64,000 nucleotides of DNA from a bacterium. GTDB lineage: Bacteria > Electryoneota > Electryoneia > Electryoneales > Electryoneaceae. Below are positions 59,621 to 64,000 of this stretch, piece by piece (positions within the stretch are counted from its first letter, which is position 1; each line of letters opens with the position of its first letter). The stretch is taken from assembly GCA_020444425.1 (NCBI GenBank), contig JAHLLB010000017.1, positions 2,099 to 66,098 on the forward strand, read 5' to 3'. Under the pieces are notes generated by a model. The model saw only the letters and a program-made list of their open reading frames with translations. It ran no database searches and was not told the DNA's origin. The translations under genes were made by a program, and so were the position numbers.

Positions 59621-61339
59621 TTACTTGATCAGCATCACCTTCTGAATGCTGGAACCCAGGTGTGCGGTGTTCGTGCGAACAAAGTACGCACCGCTGGGCA
59701 TGTTCTGCGCGTTGAACGACAGCGAATGACGGCCCGAAGCCATCGTGCCATTCATCAGTTCGGCGACCTGACGTCCGCGGATGTCATAGACCGTCACCTC
59801 GACGCGGTCGTTCTGCGGCAGCTCGAGTGTCAGCACGGTCGACGCGTTGAACGGGTTCGGCGTGGCTGGAATCACGTTGAATTTGGCCGGCAAAGCGTCA
59901 TTGCTGCGTGCGCTCGTGGACGGATCGCTGAATTGGTCCCAGCCCCATTCATCCGGGTTAACCCAGGTTTCGACTGATCCCGCTTGCTTGAAGAAGTCAA
60001 ATTCAGTCATGGCGTGGACGGATCCACCGGTATGCAGGTTTGCGCTCAGAGTGTAGAATCCGCTTTGCGCGCCAGCTGGAACTGGCAGGTACAGGCGCTG
60101 AGCAGTGCGGTCTTCACCCGCGAGCAGGTCGAACATGTTCACGTGGTATGGCCCGTAGGCAATCTGGTCCGGAGTGATCACCATGACCATGAACTCGAGG
60201 TCGAAGTAATCATCGCTCGTGTTGTTGAACGCATGGACACCGAAGGAAATATTCCCGCCGTCCCCGGGCACCAGTACACGATGCGGGTCCAGTTCCAGAA
60301 TCAACTCATTCGGATAAGGCGCTGTTTCGCCAAAGAAATAGCGTCCGACATCAGCGATGCTCTGGTCTGGATCTGGTGTCGAATTCGGATCGCCGGCATC
60401 GATGCACGGAGAGTCCGCGGTCAGGTGGAAATCGCCGTTGGCTGCGTTCACGAACAGCGGATCGTCGTAGAACACACCCTCGCCAGAATAGTCGGTGTCG
60501 ATGATGCAGGAATAGGTCAGCGTTCCCGGTGTGCCGTAGAACAGATCGCGTCCCAGGTAGGGCTCATGCCAGATGATGGAGTTGGTGAAGCCTGAGTTGC
60601 CGGACCCGTAGAACCGGGCGTCAATGGCGTTTTCCTCGGCCGTGTTGTTGTACAACGTGGCGTGGTCAACAACGTTGTCGCCGGATGTGTAGAAATAAAT
60701 CGCTCCGCCCTGGGCGTAGGCATGGTTGTGGTCGAAGACAACGTGATGAACCGTACCGTCATCGCCACCGGCGAAGTCGAGGCCGCCGCCGGCCCGACCG
60801 CACTTGTTATGGCTGAAGCGGGTGTAACTGATGTCGAACGTGGTGTTGTAGAGGTAAATTCCACCGCCATCGAGACTGGTTTCGTTGTGGCGAATCGTGC
60901 AGTTCAACAAGGTCAGGTCGCCATCTTGGCAGTTAATGCCGCCGCCATGGCTGCGATCAAATGAATAAGCGTATTCAACTGTTGTGTAGGTCAGGTCCAC
61001 GGTCGCACCCGCGCCGGACATCAGTAGGATGCCGCCCCACGGTTCCACCGGATCCACGGCGGAGAAGAGGATCTCGCCGTCGCCTTTCGTACCCATGCCA
61101 AGCAGGGTACCGTAAACCTGCAGCTTGGCTTCTGGTGTGCCGTAGACGACCACGCCGGGACCAATTTCCAGCATGTGGTTGAAATCGACGTAGGCGTCGC
61201 CCATCAGGATGTAGGGGCTGTCGACATAAGTCCAGTTGGAATCAGTGATTTCCCCGGAGACCAGAGTTTGGCTGAAGGCTGTGGAGACCGTGAGGATGGA
61301 AACCAGAGCGACGAGAACAAATACGAGTACACGCTTCAT
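59621..61339 (-). CDS. right-handed parallel beta-helix repeat protein with T9SS (Por) C-terminal sorting domain
   Basis: Start MKRVLVFVLVALVSILTVSTAFSQ at 61339 (AGGGGGAAG SD), internal to ORF 59621..61459; repetitive GGG(I/L)Y/N-rich coil motifs (NCTIRHNETSLDGGGIYLYNTTFD...); C-terminal PNPFNASTVLTLELP...GAYFVRT sorting domain. Confidence 0.85.
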   Translation of the reverse strand: MKRVLVFVLVALVSILTVSTAFSQTLVSGEITDSNWTYVDSPYILMGDAYVDFNHMLEIGPGVVVYGTPEAKLQVYGTLLGMGTKGDGEILFSAVDPVEPWGGILLMSGAGATVDLTYTTVEYAYSFDRSHGGGINCQDGDLTLLNCTIRHNETSLDGGGIYLYNTTFDISYTRFSHNKCGRAGGGLDFAGGDDGTVHHVVFDHNHAYAQGGAIYFYTSGDNVVDHATLYNNTAEENAIDARFYGSGNSGFTNSIIWHEPYLGRDLFYGTPGTLTYSCIIDTDYSGEGVFYDDPLFVNAANGDFHLTADSPCIDAGDPNSTPDPDQSIADVGRYFFGETAPYPNELILELDPHRVLVPGDGGNISFGVHAFNNTSDDYFDLEFMVMVITPDQIAYGPYHVNMFDLLAGEDRTAQRLYLPVPAGAQSGFYTLSANLHTGGSVHAMTEFDFFKQAGSVETWVNPDEWGWDQFSDPSTSARSNDALPAKFNVIPATPNPFNASTVLTLELPQNDRVEVTVYDIRGRQVAELMNGTMASGRHSLSFNAQNMPSGAYFVRTNTAHLGSSIQKVMLIK

Positions 61340-61543
61340 ACTTCCCCCTGTGTTGGGCTGGATGTTTTCTGTACCAGGTAGACCAGTCAGTTCCGATGTT
61401 GCAATCAACAATATAGAATGTAGATTTGGAAATTGCATTTGGATTTGTGAAAGAGTCAAAAAAAGCGAACTACGCTCCGTTCAGGCTCTCATCATCCCTT
61501 GAGTCTTCGGAGCCACAGCAAACGCCGGAAAGACCGATAACCC

Positions 61544-61975
61544 GTGTCCAGATTGGCATCGAACATAGCCCTGGCATCGATTCATGCCTACCGCGCGGTG
61601 TGGCACCGGATCCACCGTTGTCTCGACTGGGCGGGGATCCGGTTTCGCGTCTGCCACTACGATCCGAGTTGCTCTCAGTACGCCCTCGATGCTTTCGAAC
61701 GCTATCCGGCACGCAAGGCGTTCATCCTCACGTGGTTCCGTGTCTGGCGCTGCCACCGTGCGGGCCATTTCCATGTTGTGATGCCGGACCGGCTGGTGGA
61801 AGGGTCCGCTGAGCCGCCACGGTACGAACACTGCTGCGGTGGGGCGATGCAGGTGGGAAACGGTCACGTGAATGGGAGAAACGGTTCGCACCACTCTGCC
61901 AACGGTCACAAGTCCGACCACCATATTGAGGTATCTCCGGAGGCTCGCTTTAAGAAAAGCTCAAGTAAACGGTGA
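61544..61975 (+). CDS. yidD: membrane protein insertion efficiency factor YidD with His-rich C-terminal tail
   Basis: RVCHYDPSCSQYALDAFERYPARKAFILTWFRVWRCHRAGHF matches the YidD CRFxPSCSxY...RCHPxxxGG pattern; ~60-aa His/Gly/Asn-rich tail; the minus-strand ORF 61481..61924 is rejected. Confidence 0.7.
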   Translation: MSRLASNIALASIHAYRAVWHRIHRCLDWAGIRFRVCHYDPSCSQYALDAFERYPARKAFILTWFRVWRCHRAGHFHVVMPDRLVEGSAEPPRYEHCCGGAMQVGNGHVNGRNGSHHSANGHKSDHHIEVSPEARFKKSSSKR

Positions 61976-62388
61976 GAGCTGCCGAAGAGTAGGGAGAAGC
62001 GAATGCAGTAATTGTTGCCCCTGCCCACCAACAGATGGAGGACATCGAGCGCTTCACTTCCCTCCGGTTGCGGAGGAACCCTTGCTGTCAGGTGCCCGAG
62101 TCGTGACGACGACTGCGGGCATTTGACGTTTTTGGAGCTTCCGTTGTCACAAAGTGAAACTATTAGGCCGCAAGATGCGTCTAGCTAACACTGGCCCCGG
62201 GATTGCTCGCTGACAAGTACGGGTTCTGAGTGTATCAAATGTAAATAATGCAAAAAACATCGATACAGTTTTTGGGCTCTCGTGCCGATGTATTGGATAT
62301 AGCCCGGATTTATCTTACTATTGTGAGTGTTCTGATAGCTTGTTCCGAAACCATCATGTTCCTACGCATCGATTCCTTTCGGAACTTC

Positions 62389-62423
62389 GAAGCCGCCCCC
62401 CTACAGGCGGCTTCTTTGTCTCT
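62389..62423 (+). terminator. intrinsic terminator on plus strand
   Basis: GAAGCCGCC-CCCTACA-GGCGGCTTC followed by TTTGTCTCT. Confidence 0.65.
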
Positions 62424-62455
62424 GGGCGTATTCCTGGTGGGTGAGAGGGTCGGAA

Positions 62456-64000
62456 TCAGGCCGTCTCTTCGTCGTCATACAAGGCCTGAACCTCACTCAG
62501 TTCGGGGCGTCCCGGCAGCACGGCGGCGGTTTCGACGGCGAGTTCGACCTTCCCGAACGGCGGCATGATGTAGGCCCCTTGCACCCGTCGCGCCAGTTGT
62601 TCAAGCATCGAGCGGGCGATGGCAACACCTTCCTGCATACCGTGTTCACGGCTTTTCTCCGATGCGACACGCATCTGCTCACGAATCGGCTTCGGGATTT
62701 CCATGCCGGGGACTTCGTTGTGGAAGAACTCGGCGTTGCGGTAGGACGCCAGCGGCAGGATGCCGATGAAGACGGGGATGTGTTTCAGGCCTTCCGCCCG
62801 GTCAAGGGCGTCCATCACGCGGTCGAGGTCGAAGACTGGCTGGGTGAGGATGTACTCGGCACCGTTATCGATTTTACGCGCGAGCCGGTCCAGTTCCAGC
62901 TTGAGATCGATGGCGGCGGGGTTGAAGCCGGCGCCGAGGAACAGGGACGTGCCCTTTGACAAGGGTTTCCCGGCGAGGTCGAGGGAGCGGTTCAGGTTCG
63001 ATGCAATATTCAACAGTCCGATGGAATCGACGTCATAGACGGCGGTTGCCATCGGATAGTCGCCCAGTTTCGGCGGGTCGCCGGTGACAGCGAGCAGGTT
63101 CTGGATGCCGAGTGCCTGCGCGCCGAGCAGGTCGGACTGGATGCCGAGGATGTTCCGGTCGCGGCAGGTGTAGTGGAGGATGACATCCATCTCGGTTTCG
63201 CGTTGCACGATGTGCGCGAGTGCCATCGGTGCCATGCGGGCGGAGGCGCGGGGGCCGTCCGGGATGTTGACGGCGTCGATGGCGGCGGCCTTGAGGAATT
63301 TCACCTGCCGCAGGATCAGCCCTTTCAATGAACTGCGCGGCGGGTGCAACTCGCAGCAGACGGGGAACGCGTTGATGTCGAGCAACTTGGCCAGGGTGGA
63401 CCGTTTTCCACGCGGCGGCACCGGCTGGCCTTCGTCATCTTCTTCCGGGGAAGCGACCTCCAGCTTGCCTGCTGCGGTGGAGGAGTCTGGGCCGGTCTTA
63501 ATCGGTCCGGCAACCGGGCCGAGGGCACGGATTGCGGCGGCCATGGCGGTGATGTGGCGTGGTCCGGTCCCGCAGCAGCCGCCGATGACGCGGACGCCGT
63601 GCTGGACCAGACGTTTCGTGTACTCGGCGAAATATTCCGGCGTTGACATGTAGAGGATGCGCCCTTCGACGACGCGCGGTTCGCCGGCGTTGGGGAACGC
63701 GGCGAGCGGCTTGCTGGTATGCTCGCGCATCGGGATGATGTTTTCGAGCAGGTCGTGCGGGCCGGTGGAACAGTTGAGGCCGATGACATCGACCGGCTGC
63801 TTGTCGAGGGTGCGTGCGATATGTGCCGGTGTGTGACCGAAACCGGCGGTGATCTCCGGGTTCAGCGTCATCAGCGCGACGATGGGCAGGTCGGAGAGCG
63901 AGCGCACGGCTTCAATCGCGAGCAGCAGCGCGTTGAGGTCGAGGAACGTTTCAAGGATGAACAGGTCGACGCCGCCCTCACGCAGGCCAGTGACCTGCCG
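62456..64000 (-). CDS. bifunctional homocysteine S-methyltransferase / 5,10-methylenetetrahydrofolate reductase (YitJ-like fusion); 5' end beyond window
   Basis: Frame stays open to position 64000 (..FILETFLDLNALLLAIEAVRS upstream of the ORF-track Met 63907). HMT domain GGCCGTGPRHI Zn/Hcy motif; C-terminal MTHFR TIM-barrel domain. Confidence 0.8.
   Translation of the reverse strand, partial: RQVTGLREGGVDLFILETFLDLNALLLAIEAVRSLSDLPIVALMTLNPEITAGFGHTPAHIARTLDKQPVDVIGLNCSTGPHDLLENIIPMREHTSKPLAAFPNAGEPRVVEGRILYMSTPEYFAEYTKRLVQHGVRVIGGCCGTGPRHITAMAAAIRALGPVAGPIKTGPDSSTAAGKLEVASPEEDDEGQPVPPRGKRSTLAKLLDINAFPVCCELHPPRSSLKGLILRQVKFLKAAAIDAVNIPDGPRASARMAPMALAHIVQRETEMDVILHYTCRDRNILGIQSDLLGAQALGIQNLLAVTGDPPKLGDYPMATAVYDVDSIGLLNIASNLNRSLDLAGKPLSKGTSLFLGAGFNPAAIDLKLELDRLARKIDNGAEYILTQPVFDLDRVMDALDRAEGLKHIPVFIGILPLASYRNAEFFHNEVPGMEIPKPIREQMRVASEKSREHGMQEGVAIARSMLEQLARRVQGAYIMPPFGKVELAVETAAVLPGRPELSEVQALYDDEETA

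Noticed and set aside
61481-61924. 147-aa minus-strand ORF overlapping yidD
   Set aside because: Plus-strand frame carries the YidD CxxxPSCSxY signature; minus frame has no features.
62248-62568. 106-aa plus-strand ORF crossing the terminator into the HMT-MTHFR gene
   Set aside because: Reads through an intrinsic terminator and overlaps a well-supported minus-strand gene; at most a short peptide before the terminator could be real (kept as low-interest finding).

Overview
High-GC (~62%) bacterial chromosomal segment carrying the complete core translation/transcription locus. Gene order is tRNA-Thr/Tyr/Gly/Thr-tuf-rpmG-tRNA-Trp-secE-nusG-rplKAJL-rpoBC, then rpsL-rpsG-fusA-tuf (second, near-identical copy) and the S10-spc-alpha ribosomal protein operons through rplQ. 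Flanking genes at the left end are an OYE/FAD oxidoreductase, an M24 peptidase, a His-rich secreted protein, a LEA-like lipoprotein, a compositionally foreign low-GC orphan gene, a dsbD-trxA-tlpA thiol-disulfide operon, a SPOR protein, a hairpin tandem-repeat array, alanine dehydrogenase and a CoA-transferase. At the right end are an EamA transporter convergent with a standalone KS-AT polyketide-synthase-like gene, a transglutaminase-like/DUF3857 gene pair, two T9SS C-terminal-domain cargo proteins flanking a SAM methyltransferase, yidD, and a partial HMT-MTHFR fusion gene. Strong Shine-Dalgarno sites plus T9SS sorting domains suggest an FCB-group lineage outside classical Bacteroidia; this is inference. 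Most long minus-strand ORFs opposite rpoB, rpoC, fusA and others are high-GC antisense artefacts. No CRISPR array, transposase or integrase was seen. Annotated regulatory signals: sigma70-like promoters at 12100 and 26458 and several intrinsic terminators; findings not annotated as features: a palindromic hairpin shared downstream of rpoB and rpoA, and dispersed CTGAGT/CTTGAG short repeats.
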